Below, one piece after another: positions 12,525 to 27,680 of a stretch of 64,000 nucleotides of DNA; position 1 is the first letter of the stretch; each line of letters opens with the position of its first letter. The stretch is from Octopus sinensis (taxonomy: Eukaryota): assembly GCF_006345805.1 (NCBI RefSeq), contig NC_043025.1, positions 1,178,001 to 1,242,000 on the forward strand, written 5' to 3'. The notes beneath the pieces were generated by a model. It had not been told where the DNA came from. It searched no databases and was given only the letters and a program-made list of their open reading frames with translations. The position numbers and the translations under genes were made by a program.

Positions 12525-12611
12525 TCCTATTTTTTGGCTATAACTCTCTAATAATGCTTATATAATTATTTCCCTTACAAACCCGAGCAACGCCGGGCGA
12601 TACTGCTAGTA
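12525..12611 (-). mobile_element. DINE-1/Helentron-like 5' end
   Basis: Minus strand reads tactagcagtatcgcccggcgttgctcggg: a TACTAG start plus a short GC hairpin. Confidence 0.5.
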
Positions 12612-12904
12612 TATATATAAAATTACATAAGGGTAGAAATTAATATTAATCAATTAAAACCAATTGACGTCTATATCTAGCATACAGGGTGTCCACTTTT
12701 AGTGGTCAGTCCTCTAAATTTCGTTTATATATATATATACACACACACACACAAAACACACATATAAGAGGAATGACCACCACCCTCTAATATGTATGTA
12801 ATATTATTTTTTCTGAATCTTCAGAATTTTTTCAATATGCTAGGCCACTGGTTTAAATTGATATTAATTAAATTAATATTCAATTCTTTACCTTTATTAT
12901 TTAA

Positions 12905-12951
<47 letters not shown>

Positions 12952-12959
12952 TATATATA

Positions 12960-13340
12960 TTACTCTTTTACTTGTTTCAGTCATTTGACTGCGGCCATGC
13001 TGGAGCACCGCCTTTAGTCGAGCAAATCGACCCCGGGACTTATTCTTTGTAAGCCCAGTACTTATTCTATCGGTCTATTTTGCCGAACCGCTAAGCGACG
13101 GGGACGTAAACACACCAGCATCGGTTGTCAAGCAATGCTAGGGGGACACACAAACACACACACACTTACATATATATATATAAATATATACGACAGGCTT
13201 CTTTCAGTTTCCGTCTACCAAATCCACTCACAAGGCATTGGTCGGCCTGGGGCTATAGCAGAAGACACTTGCCCAAGATGCCACGCAGTGGGACTGAACC
13301 CGGAACCATGTGGTTGGTTAGCAAGCTACTTACCACGCAA
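12960..13340 (-). mobile_element. Family-C SINE (5' end cut by (TA)n)
   Basis: Matches the other family-C copies. Confidence 0.85.
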
Positions 13341-13354
13341 TATATATATATATA

Positions 13355-14346
<992 letters not shown>

Positions 14347-14446
14347 NNNNNNNNNNNNNNNNNNNNNNNNNNNNNNNNNNNNNNNNNNNNNNNNNNNNNN
14401 NNNNNNNNNNNNNNNNNNNNNNNNNNNNNNNNNNNNNNNNNNNNNN
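14347..14446. other. Scaffold gap (100 N)
   Basis: Run of N. Confidence 1.
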
Positions 14447-16660
14447 ACACACACACACCCACGCACATGATGGTCTTCTTTCAGTTTCAGTCTTCCAGAT
14501 CCACTAACAAGAATTAGGTCGGCCCGAGGCTATAGTAAAACGCATTTTCCCAGTGTGCCACGCAGTGGGACTGAACCCCGAACCATGTGATTGGTAAGCA
14601 CGCTACTTACTAAACAGCCACTCCTGCACCTATACTTATATTATAAATTATAAAATGAATGTTCTTGATTAACGCTAAACATTTTTCTTGATCATTATCT
14701 GTTATAATTTATGTCCCTCCGCTCAATGATCAACCACACCTTAAACCCATGATACCCAATTTCTGCACCACATTTTTCTGTTCAAGCCGGTGTTTTAGTG
14801 GTAAACCAAACTGAACAGCCACACTACATACGACCTTTTACATGATTTTCTTTTGTATCAACGCTAAGGTATAATATATACTTTTATGTGGCTTTGGGGA
14901 GTGGCATGAACGGATTTCTTCTATTTGTATGTATTTCAATTTCTCGTGTAACGAACAATTCCTTTAACGAACATGGCTCGGAAAGGATTATGTGTATATA
15001 TAGAGATGCCACTGGTTTGAGAAGTTTTGAGTCGAACTAATTGACCTCTGTACTTAATTTTTTAAGCCTTGTACTTATTTTATTGGAGTATATTGGTGAA
15101 CCGCTAAGTTACCGGAACGTAAACACACCAACGCAGGTCATCAAGCGGTGGGACAAACACTGACACAAAGACACACACACTGATACATACAGACAGACAT
15201 ATATAGACATAGAAGTGGCCGTAGAGTGTGAAACACATTGTTCCGGGTTCAGTCCCGTTGCGAGACATTTTGGCTGAGTGTCTTCTACTATAGCCAAGGG
15301 CCGACCATAGTCTTGTGAGTGGATTTCATAGATGGAAACTCAAATAAGCCCGTCGTATGTGTGTGTGTGTATTTGTGTGTCTATATTTGTCCCTCCACCA
15401 TCATTTGACAACCGATGTTGGTGTTCTTACGTCCCTGTAACATAGCGGTTCTGGAAAAGAAACTGATAGAATAAGTACTAGGATTACAAAGGTTAAGTCC
15501 TAGGGTCGATTTGTTCGACTAAAGGCGGAGCTCCAACATGGCCGCAGTCAAATGACTGAAACAAGTAAAAGAATAGTCACGATAGGCTTCTTTCCGTTTC
15601 CATCTACCAAATCCACATATGAAGATTTTGAGAGTCCAATGGCTACAGTAGAAGACATTTATGTAGCGTGCCACGCAGTGGAACTGAACCCGAATCCAAA
15701 TTTGGAAGCAAGCGTCTTACCACACAGCCGCGCCTAAACATGCCCCCCTACACAGATTCAATCCAAGGAAACACGCATAAAGATGAAACACTCTCCAAGC
15801 CGTTCACTTTATAATTTCTTAAAACCATTAACATGGTGTCCATTAGTTAGTAATGCTGTGTTTTGTTTTATTTCTCCTACACATTGATTCCAAATTTTGG
15901 CACAACACCAGCAATTTCAGGGGTGGAGTAAGTTGATTACATCGACCCCAGTACATAACTGATATTGATTTCATCGACCCCGAAAGGATAAAAGGCAAAG
16001 ACAACCTCGGCGGAATATTTCTACTTAATATTTAATATTATTACGTTCATGCATTTTTGAAATTGGGTGTTAAAACAGAAATTCTTCTTTTTGGAGATGG
16101 TCGTCTGTTGCCAATGAAAACACACGCAATATATATTTGATATTCACTTAATCATTATTATTATTAATATTCTTATTCTTATTCTTATTGTTGTTGTTAT
16201 TTTTGTTGTTGTTGTTGTTGTCGTTGTTGTGGTTGTTTTTGGGACGCCGGGTGAAACGCTTAGAAGTATTTCGTCTGCCCAAAGGCGGCGAGTTGGCAGA
16301 AACGTTAGCACGTCGGGCGAAATGCTTAGCAGTATTTCGTCTACGGTTACGTTCTGAGTTCAAATTCCGCCGAGGTCGAGATTGCCTTTCATCCTTTCGG
16401 GGTCGATTAAATAAGTACCTGTTACGCACTGGGGTCGATATAATCGACTTAATCCGTTTGTCTGCCTGTCCTTGTTTGTCCTCTCTGTGTATAGCCCCTC
16501 GTGGGTAGTTAAAAAATATATATTTCATCTCTCACTACGTTCTGATTTCAAATTCCGCCGAGGTCGACTTTGTCTTTCATCCTTTCAGGGACGATAAATT
16601 AAGTACCAATTACACACTGGGTTCGATGTAATGGACTTGTCTTGTGCTTCCAAAGACATG

Positions 16661-16714
<54 letters not shown>

Positions 16715-17043
16715 TTAATAATAATAATAATAATAATAATAATTATTATTATTATTATTATTACTATTATTATTATTATTATTTATCATTATTTAGGCGG
16801 ATAGCTGGCTGAATCGTTAGCACACCGGGCAAAATGCTTGGTAGTATTTCATCCATCATTAGTTTCTGAGTTCAAATTTCCACGAGGTCAACTTGTTATT
16901 TCATCATTTCGAGGTCTATAAATTAAATACCAGTTCTGTACTAGGGGTATGTAATCGACTAACTCACCCCCACCAAAATATTTCAGGCCTTGTGCCTATA
17001 GTAGGAACGACTGTTATTATTGTTGTAGTTGTTGTTATTATTA

Positions 17044-17090
<47 letters not shown>

Positions 17091-17107
17091 TACTATTATT
17101 ATTATTA

Positions 17108-17181
<74 letters not shown>

Positions 17182-17638
17182 GTTTATGTAAATTCTTCCG
17201 TCTCACATACTGTAATCTCCTCAGCGACTCTCTGCTACACCTATTTCTTCTTATCCCGCTTATTCCGTATTAAAAATTACATTGAAAGTGTACTTAATTA
17301 CTGTTTGTCAAGTGGATTGTTTATCAAATAATTTATACTCGGAACAATTGTACATATATCCCTGGTTAAAACGGAATTTCCCACTTGGTGTGGCTCCTTG
17401 TTTTAGTAATTGTCTGCAAGTGCTATGATACTTGTGAAGCTTACTTTCAACGACGCAAATGTCTCGTTTTCACAAATATAAGTTGATGGTTGCATGAAAA
17501 ATTCGGACAAGCTGAAGTAGACGAGGTGGGTAGCGCAGGTCGGTGGCGGGTGTTGAACCCCTTATTGGTGAGAGGAGGAAAAAAGACGAATGAATACACG
17601 CACATACACAACACACACACACACGCACACACACACAA

Positions 17639-17714
<76 letters not shown>

Positions 17715-17933
17715 GTGGAGAGAGAGAGACTTTTAGTGGGGCAAACAGATCGAACCGTCTCAAGTGTAACTACCCGAGATGGTCGTGTCTTGTGGGACTT
17801 GACTGAGGAAAGAAAGCCACGAATGAGCCGTCTATTTTTGCCTGTCCTTCTAATCGTTGTTTCTCCTGTCCGCTTTCTATTGTCTATCTGTCCGAATCAT
17901 TTATTGGCCACTATTGCGTTTCTTTTACCATTT

Positions 17934-17967
<34 letters not shown>

Positions 17968-18360
17968 ATATATATATATATATATGCACATATACACAGG
18001 TGTGTATGATTGTGTATAGAAGAATATATTACTGAAAGAAATTCCAACTTTGATTTTTATGATTTATTTACAATCTTATAATAATATATGATAAGATAAG
18101 ATAACATAATGAAGCGATAGAATATCAAATATCCACTCTGATTGAACTAGTACTTTCATGCATTCTTCAAGTTGTATAAAAATAGTTATTGTCTGCATCA
18201 TTCGAAAGAGAAATGAATTCTGCATAAGGTGTAAAAGATAGAGGTAATTTGTATGGTCTTAGTAACAAAATATTTTGTGAGAAATAGGACTATTATCATC
18301 GGTCTTAGATTTACTTTCGCCAGCGTAGATATGTGTGTGTATAAATATTAATTTTAAATC
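14447..18360 (+). repeat. Segmental duplication, copy 1 (paralogue at about 23690-27680)
   Basis: Colinear SINEs, unique spacers and microsatellites at an offset of about 9.3 kb. Identity is roughly 90% by eye. Confidence 0.9.
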
Positions 18361-19808
18361 TTAACAGGAAAGTAGCAAAAATTGATTCACCTCGATAATG
18401 CCGGCTCCAAATATGACTTCAGTTTTAATTTTTTACACAAATTAGACAAGGTTTATCCACTTATCTGAATATTCTATTACCTCATGACAGTTTATTGTAT
18501 CATTTTGCGACTTGTATCGGATAAGAATACTGACCGAAGTACACATTTGTTATAACCCGTTATGTGTGGGGTTTTTTAACGGCAGTGTCAGTATTTTCTG
18601 TCGATGTATGGGATTCGCTGAACTTTAATATCCGGAATTTCCAGAAATTCATCATTCCTACACGACGCAAAGTAATATGAGATGAGGTGTTTTGCTTAAG
18701 AACGCAATACAAGTCCCTTTACGAGAATTGAAACCGAGATCTCGCTATCGTGAATTCAGCACCATTAGCAGCGTGGACACCAATTATATTATTGAACATG
18801 GTACATGACATATGTAGGCGTGACAGCATGCCAGAAATCCTTCTTATTTACTAGCCGTTTTCCTGAAGCAACACCCATTGAATTATCATGGATCCCGAAA
18901 AAGATCTGAGCGTTACTCCTAAGAGATGTCTCTTGTCAGCTAACGATATGGCGTTGTATCATGTAATGATAGAAAGTCTGACGCAGAAAATTGCGATGTT
19001 TGATGTGGTGATACAGTCTCAGAACGAGGCCAATTTTAGGTACATATTTTTTTGTTTTTTTTTGTGTGTGTTTTACTTAGGGTGTTGTTGTCGACGTTGT
19101 TGTTTGCCCTGACTGATCGTAATTTTACACAAAGGCATTCCAACTATAACCAACTAATTTTTTTTATTCCAACATTAGCAACCATGTCCTCCATTGTCTA
19201 AAATAAGAGTGTGTGATTGGAAAGAGATTTCGCAGCTATTTCCAGGTGTTTGATGGAAAACATTATAAACATATCTGCGTCACAAGCCAATGTTTCCTGA
19301 TTGAGTAAAGCTATGATCAGAGGACATCCAGTTGTCATCTTCCCATCCATTTAGTTATATAGCATTGTCTCCGGTCTCTAGGTGAGCAGGGTTTTCCCTG
19401 AATTCAATTGCTTAAGTACACATGCAACCAAAAACCCATAGGACACTTGTATACCACTAAATACATGCTTCCACCACCTCAGATCTGAATGCTTCGTCAC
19501 CTTCCCATCCCCGCAGGACTTTCGAATGAAAAAATAAGTTGTTCGCTTAAAAAGTATAGAGCTTAAATTAAAAATATAATATTAAACAAGAATATCCAAG
19601 CAAAATAGTCGGCAATGCCTGTACACAATGCCTGTACACAAATTTACAAATTGCTTTTCAGCGTTTCTGTCGGCTATTCGCGTTCTGAGTTCCTTTCCCA
19701 CCGAAGTCCCCTTTGCCTTTCATGTGTTTGTAAGTGTACCTGTGCATGTTTGTGCATGTGAATGTGTGCAATTATGTGTGCAATTATGTACGTTTGTATA
19801 TATATATG

Positions 19809-19864
<56 letters not shown>

Positions 19865-20053
19865 CTTTGGAGTGTCTGTGTGGTAAGTAGCTTGTTTACC
19901 AATCACATGGTTCCTGGTTCAGTCCCACAGCGTTGCACTTTAGGCAAGTGTCTTTTACTATAGCCTCGGGTCGACCAAAGCCCTGTGAGTGGATTTGGTA
20001 AACAGAAACTGAAAGAAGCCCCTCGTATATATGTATATATATATATATATAAA

Positions 20054-20084
<31 letters not shown>

Positions 20085-21099
20085 TTGTATGTGTGATTTT
20101 ATTGGTCACTTTTGCCGATCCGCTATGTTATTTTTGCTTGGAACCAAATGCTCACCGAAAAATGATCGTCAGGAACAACGTTATTTTATTAAGTCTCATA
20201 TTTATAGAAACATAGAGAGAGAGGGAAAAATTAATCATATATATGTGTGTGTATATATAAATGTAAAATCTTAAATGAAAAGTAAGAAAATTATTTACCT
20301 TTATAACGCCGGTTCCATATATTACTTCAGTTTGGATTTTTAACAGAAATTAAATCAATTTTATCCACTTATCTCAATATTCTATTTTTGTCCAACGTCC
20401 CAGGTGCTATCCGATAAGCATACTGAATGAAATACCCTGTTGTAATAATTGTCCTTTCTTTTTTAAACGAGAGTGGCAGTATTTTCCCTTGATGTATGTG
20501 ATTGGCTGAAATTCTTTAATATCCGGAAAATAAAACTATTTTCCAGCTACTCACCATTCCTACACGTCAAGTGTTGAAATGGTCGCTGTGTAACATGAGA
20601 TGAAGTGTCTTGCGCGCCATACATCTCTCGGTCCTGTATTTGAAATCACGAGCTTGTTATCGTGTGTAGCACCCTTAACCACGGTTTCATGTGTCCTCGA
20701 CTTCTATTATATTACCAAAATTTTATTTTTCATATGTCCTGGCAACACCCATTCTTATCTACTTGACGCTTTTCTAAAACAAACGCCATTGTTTTTATCG
20801 ATTATTGGGATGGCCATATCTGCTCAAAGATACGACCTCATCTCTCGAGTTACTAAAATGCAAACCCGACGAATTTTCCTCGTTTCCCAGAATATATTTC
20901 AGTTGCTTGTAAAGAATGCTTGTTGTTCACTGATGACAAGAATATGATCATAGGCGTTTCGGTTATGCTCATCCCGTCGATTTCCTTACATCGCAAAGTG
21001 TGTTGTGTTCTTTCCGTGGTTAAGACGGTAGGGTGTGAGACAATGGAATATCATTGTCTCACATGCTTACGACAGGGCTGATAGCGCAAATGATCCAGT

Positions 21100-22740
21100 A
21101 ATAGGCATTCATTAGTCCTGAAACCTACATCTACAATAATTATTGTATGACATCAGATGATGTGGATGTTAATTTTCATAGATATCTCCGAAATATAAGT
21201 CCGACCTCACTATCAAGATGTTGCTTAGAAACTCTGTCTCCCTTTTCAGATTCCTTTCAGCAACCATAACCATGTCTCAATATTACTATTTCCTGCACCT
21301 ATCTTTGCCAATCGACCATGCAAAACATTCTCATGTCAGTTTCTCCCTTATTTTTCTGGTTTTAATTTCATATGGCTTTTTCCTTTCCTATCTGCTACTA
21401 TAACTCTTGCAAATCATAGATTTTCTTCACTATTATATACATCAACTCTGGCTAACTCTACGCTACCTTCTGGTTATATTAAACCTCTTCCACTTTCGTT
21501 ATTCTAAGTAAGTGCAATGTTGCTCTTCCTAATCGAGCCTGAAGTCCTCCATTCATATTGAATTCCTTCCTTGTTCTTCTGTCTAGATTTGGTAATTCAG
21601 ATTTTTTCAAATCAACAAATTCTGCTGAAAACCGAAGTAACCATACTTCCCAAAGTTTTTACAACCTTTACTAGATTTAGAACACTTAGCTTTCCCTTCA
21701 TTAGCTTCTTCACCCTTCCGATGTACTCCTTATCTATTTTTGTTTTTATTTCTATTGTTAGTACACTGTCAGATTCTAATACTCCGAAGCACTTATGATT
21801 CTCTTCCTTCAGTGATTTTACTCTCTTGCTATCTGGCCTTCACTGCTGACTACCTGTCCCTTTTTTATGACTGATGTTGCGCACATATCTATGCCAAATT
21901 CCATGCCTATATCTTTGCTGCAGAGTCTTCTAATTCGTATTAAGGAACCAAAAGGCTTCTAATCGTCCATCTTGAGCAAATGATTAATATTCCCTTTATC
22001 ATCTCTAAACTGATACCCTGCTTTTGCCTTTCTTAGTACTAAACTGACGACAGTTAAGCATAACACATATATTAATGGGGATAACGTGTCTCCCTGGAGA
22101 ATTCCTCGCCCGATATTAACATTTCCTAAGGCAGTGTCACCTGTTTCCGATTCTTTGCACTATTGCTGTAACTAATTAAGTCTCTGGTATTGTCTGCAAT
22201 ACTGAATATACTCAAACATTTACTTATCCGTGAGTGTTGCATCATGTCTATTTTGGCTTTTATCTAGTTAGTTATGAATGCCTGACCGTGTGCAGTTGCT
22301 TACAAACTGTGTCTCCCGTTTCATTTTCCTTTCTGAAACCATATTAGTCTGTAACTGTCTCTTTCTGTACCCTTTCTGTTCCACTGGCTCTTTGTAATTT
22401 ATTTCCTGGAAATTATACACCTAATTAGATTTTATTCCTTTCAACAACTTCCACATGAGGGGCAGACAGGTGATAGGCCGGCAATTATCCACTGTATTGC
22501 TTAGTTGGGATTCTTTTGGCAAAGAATTGTTTTACTTGTGGTCAGCCTCTTTGGGATTTGTACTCCGTTGTTGATAATTTATATATTTGCTTGGCTATTC
22601 TTCTGTGTAGTGATGGGGAAATTTTCAGCCAATATCCTTGTACCCTATCCAGTCCTGGGTATTTCCAGTTTGGCGATTTAATCACTCTGGCCCACATTGG
22701 TAGACAAATATACAATGAGGTGACTGGCGTTTATGCATCT
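21100..22740 (-). pseudogene. Degenerate R4/Dong-clade non-LTR retrotransposon RT
   Basis: Minus-strand translations: PNWKYPGLDRVQGYWLK, NCRPITCLPLMWKLL, GRGILQGDTLSP, INHLLKMDD, DIGMEFG, LHGRL...TWLWL.KG. Many stop codons. Confidence 0.75.
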
Positions 22741-23689
22741 GCTTTTTCTCATCCTTAATTACTAAACAATCCTCTCCTCTCTCTCCTCTACTGACCTAAT
22801 TTAATTTAACTCTCTATACTTATATACGATGACTATGCGAGAATTTGTATGTGTGTGTGTCTGTGTGTGCAAACAGACATTTATCTGTCCATCTCTAAAC
22901 TCATACGTATGCATGTGTATGTATGGCCGCGTAATTGTGTGTATCTGACTGCGTGTATATCAATGGGAATATGCCACTGCATGTATGTGTGTGTGCGTCT
23001 GTGTGTGCATATGTTAGTGCGTGTGTATATATGTATGTCTCTGTCCGTATGCATGTATGTGTATACATGCATCCCCTTAACCCCCAAGTCAAACACACCC
23101 TCACTATATAGACTAATCTCTATATACTCTCATGTATTTCTCATTCGCCTAATAATAGACTCTTCCAAGGCCTTACAAAACTGATTCACTTTCTATTCAA
23201 AGATGCAACTGATAACTTCCATTATCCTTTGCCAGGGACCTTCCTAGAAACTTTACGAACTCTCCGATCACGAAAATACCCAACACATTTATCTGAGAAC
23301 TCCATGGTTTCCCAAAAGACTGGGAACGAATAATATCCTCGATAAAGGATATTATGCATTTCTGCATTTTCTTCTTCTTTCTCAATAACGGAATAATTTG
23401 CTTACATGGAATTCTTTACTCAATAACATGCTTAGTTATTCTAGAAACCTCTATAAAAGACTTTGTGCATATTTGTAACCACTCTGCACAGTTCTTTTAT
23501 TTGTTTCAGCCATTTTACTGCGGCCATGCTGTAGCACCACCTTTTTAATCGAACTTATTATTTGTAAGCCTTGTACTTATTCTATGAGTCTTCTTTGCTG
23601 AACCACTAAATTACGGGGACGTAAACTCACCAACATCGGTTGTCAAGCGATGGTCGGGGACAAACACAGACACACAAACTCACACACAC

Positions 23690-26046
23690 ATCCACATGAT
23701 GGGCTTCTTTCAGTTTCCGTCTTCCAGATCCACTAACAAGGCTTTGGTCGGCCCGAGGTTATAGTAGAACGCATTTACCAAGACGCCACGCAATGGGACT
23801 GAACCCCGAACCATGTGGTTAGTAAGCACTCTACTTACTAAACAGCTACTCCTGCACCCACACTTATATTATAAATTATAAAATGAATGTTCTTGAATAA
23901 CGCTAAATATTTTGCTTGATCATTATCTGTTATAATTTATGTCCCTCCGCTCAATGATCAACCACTTCATATCACCTTTGATACGCAATTTCTCCACCAC
24001 ATTTTTCTGTTTCAGCCGGTGTTTTAGTTGTAAACCAAACTGAGCAGTCACACTACATACGGCCTTTTACATGATTTTCTTTTGTATCAACGCTAAGGTA
24101 TAATATATACTTTTATGTGGCTTTGGGGAGGGCATGGAACACATTTCTTCTATTTGTATGTATTTCAATTACTCGGGTAACGAACAATTCCTTTAACGAA
24201 AATGGCTTGGAAAGGATTATGTGCATATATAGAGATGCCACTGGTTTGAGAAGTTTTGAGTCGAACTAATTGACCTCAGTACTTAATGTTTTAAGCCTTG
24301 TACTTATTTTATTGGAGTATATTGGTGAACCGCTAAGTTAACGGAACGTAAACACACCAACACAGGCCGTCAAGCGGTGGGACAAACACGTACACAGAGA
24401 CACACGCACACACTGATACATACAGACAGACATATATAGGCATAGGAGTGTCCGTAGAGTAAGAAACACATGGTTCCGGGTTCAGTCCCGTTGCGAGACA
24501 TTTTGGCTGAGTGTCTTCTACTATAGCCAAGGGCCGACCATAGTCTTGTGAGTGGATTTCATAGATGGAAACTCAAATAAGCCCGTCGTATGTGTGTGTG
24601 TGTATTTGTGTGTCTATATTTGTCCCTCCACCATCATTTGACAACCGATGTTGGTGTTCTTACGTCCCTGTAACATAGCGGTTCTGGAAAAGAAACTGAT
24701 AGAATAAGTACTAGGATTACAAAGGTTAAGTCCTAGGGTCGATTTGTTCGACTAAAGGCGGAGCTCCAACATGGCCGCAGTCAAATGACTGAAACAAGTA
24801 AAAGAATAGTCACGACGGGCTTCTTTCCGTTTCCATCTACCAAATCCACTCCTGAGGATTTTGAGAGTCCAATGGCTACGGTAGAAGACATGTGCGCAGT
24901 GTGCCACGCAGTGGAACTGAACCCGAAACCAGGTCTGGAAGCAAGCGTCTTACCACACAGCCGCGCCTAAACATGCCCACCTACACAGATTCAATCCAAG
25001 GAAACACGCATAAAGATGAGACACTCTCCAAGCCGTTCACTTTATAATTTGTTAAAACCATTAACATGGTGTCCATTAGTGAGTGATGCTGTGTTTTGTT
25101 TTATTTCTCCTACACATTGATTTCAAATTTTGGCACAACACCAGCAATTTCGGGGGAGAAAGTAAGTTGATTACATCGACCCCAGTACATAACTGATATT
25201 GATTTCATCGACCCCGAAAGGATGAAAGGCCAAGACAACCTCGGCGGAATATTTCTACTTAATATTTAATATTATTACGGTCATGCATTTTTGAAATTGG
25301 GTGTTAAAACAGAAATACTTCTATTTGGAGATGGTCGTCTGTTGCCAATGAAACACAAGCAAAATATATATTTGATATTCACTTTATTGTTGCTGTTGTT
25401 GTTGTTGTTGTTGTTGGTACGCCGGGGGAAACGCTTAGAAGTATTTCGTCTGCGGTTACGTTCTGAGTTCAAATTCCACCGAGTCCAAATTCCACCGAGG
25501 TCGATATTGCCTTTCATCCTTTTATAGTCGATTAAATAAGTACCAGTTACGCACTGGAGGCGATACAATCGACTTAATCAGCGTGTCTGTCCTTGTTTGT
25601 CCTCTCTGTGTTTAGCCCCTTGTGGGTAGTAAAGAGATAAGTATTTCGTCTCTCACTACATTCTGAGTTCAAATTCCGCTTAGATCGACTTTGCCCTCAT
25701 CCTTTCGGAGACGATAAATTAAGTACCAGTTACACACTGTAATCGATGTAATGGACTTGTCCTTGTGCTTCCATTAGACAGGATTATTATTATTATTATA
25801 TTATTATTATTATTATTATTTGAGGTTTAGCTGGCAGAATCGTTAGCACGCCGGGCAAAATGCTTGGTAGTATTTCATCCATCATTAGTTTCTGAGTTCA
25901 AATCCCCCGAGGTCAACTTCACATTTCAACATTTCGAGGTCTATAAATTAAATACCAGTTGAGTACTAGGGGCTATGTAATCGACTAACTCCCCCCATCC
26001 AAGAATATGTCAGGCTTTGTGCTTATAGTAGGAACGACTATTATTA

Positions 26047-26086
<40 letters not shown>

Positions 26087-26361
26087 CATTATTATTATTA
26101 TTACTATTAGTATAAATTCTTTCGTCTCACATACTGTGATCTCCTCAGCGACTCTCTGCTACGCCTTTTTCTTCTTATCCTGCTTATTCTGTATTAAAAT
26201 TTATATTAAATGTCTACTTTTCTACTGTTTGTCAAGTGGTTTGTTTATCAAATAGTTTATACTCGGAACAATTGTACAAACGGAATTTCCCACTTGGTGC
26301 AGCTATATATTTTAGTAATTGTTTGAATGAATACACGCACATCATACACAACTCACTTATA

Positions 26362-26450
<89 letters not shown>

Positions 26451-26532
26451 ATGTATATATATATAAGCATAGTAGAAATATGTTAAAGAAAGAAAATATA
26501 AAATACACGTGGAAATGTAAGGATAAAAGATG

Positions 26533-26598
<66 letters not shown>

Positions 26599-26708
26599 TT
26601 AGTGGGGGGCAACCAGATCGAGCCGTCTCATTTGTAACTGCCCGAGATGGTCGTGACTAGTGGGACTTGACTGAGGAAAGAGAGCGTTATTTTTTTACCA
26701 TTTATATA

Positions 26709-26744
<36 letters not shown>

Positions 26745-26895
26745 TGTCTGTCTGTCAATCTATTTATAGAAGTTTCCGTTTGTTTATCTGTCTAATTATT
26801 TTTCGAATTATCTCTCTCTCTCTTTCTCACTTTCTTTCTTTTTACTTTCCCTCTCTCTCTGTTCCACTTTCTTTTTCTCTCTCTTTTTCCCTCCT

Positions 26896-26937
<42 letters not shown>

Positions 26938-27068
26938 TTGCTATTTTTAGTGTGCTGGTGCTGCTTGTAGGACCTTTAATTATTAATTAATGATGCTTTA
27001 CCTTATGGGATTCTTTTATGCATGTTTGCCACTTGATATTATTGTAAGCAATAATATCCTTATATATA

Positions 27069-27134
<66 letters not shown>

Positions 27135-27222
27135 CCGGTTAAGTAAATAAACATCGTTTAAATTGCATTTTCAAACCTTTTTTTCTTATATAATCCCACT
27201 CGTGCGATACCCCACAACTCAA

Positions 27223-27260
<38 letters not shown>

Positions 27261-27680
27261 AGACTTTCTATATATATATATATAAAGAGACTTTCTATAT
27301 ATATATGCACTTATACACAGGTGTGTATGATTGTGTATAGAAGAATATATCACTGAAAGAAATTCCAACTTTGACTTTCATGATTTATTTACAATCCTAT
27401 AATAATATATGATAAGATAAGATAACATAATGAAGCGATAGAATATTAAATATCCACTCTGATTGAACTAGTACTTTCATGCATTCTTCAAGTTGTATAA
27501 AAATAGATATTGTCTGCATCATTCCAAAGAGAAATAAATTCTCCATTAAGTGTAAAAGATAGAAATAATTTGTATGGTGTTAGAAACAAAATATTTTGTT
27601 AGAAATAGGATTAATATCATCGGTCTTAGATTTAATTTCGCCAGTGTAGATATGTGTGTGTATAAATATCAATTTTAAAT
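23690..27680 (+). repeat. Segmental duplication, copy 2
   Basis: For example ttatattataaattataaaatgaatgttcttg occurs near 14636 and 23866, and tatacacaggtgtgtatgattg near 17991 and 27312. Confidence 0.9.
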
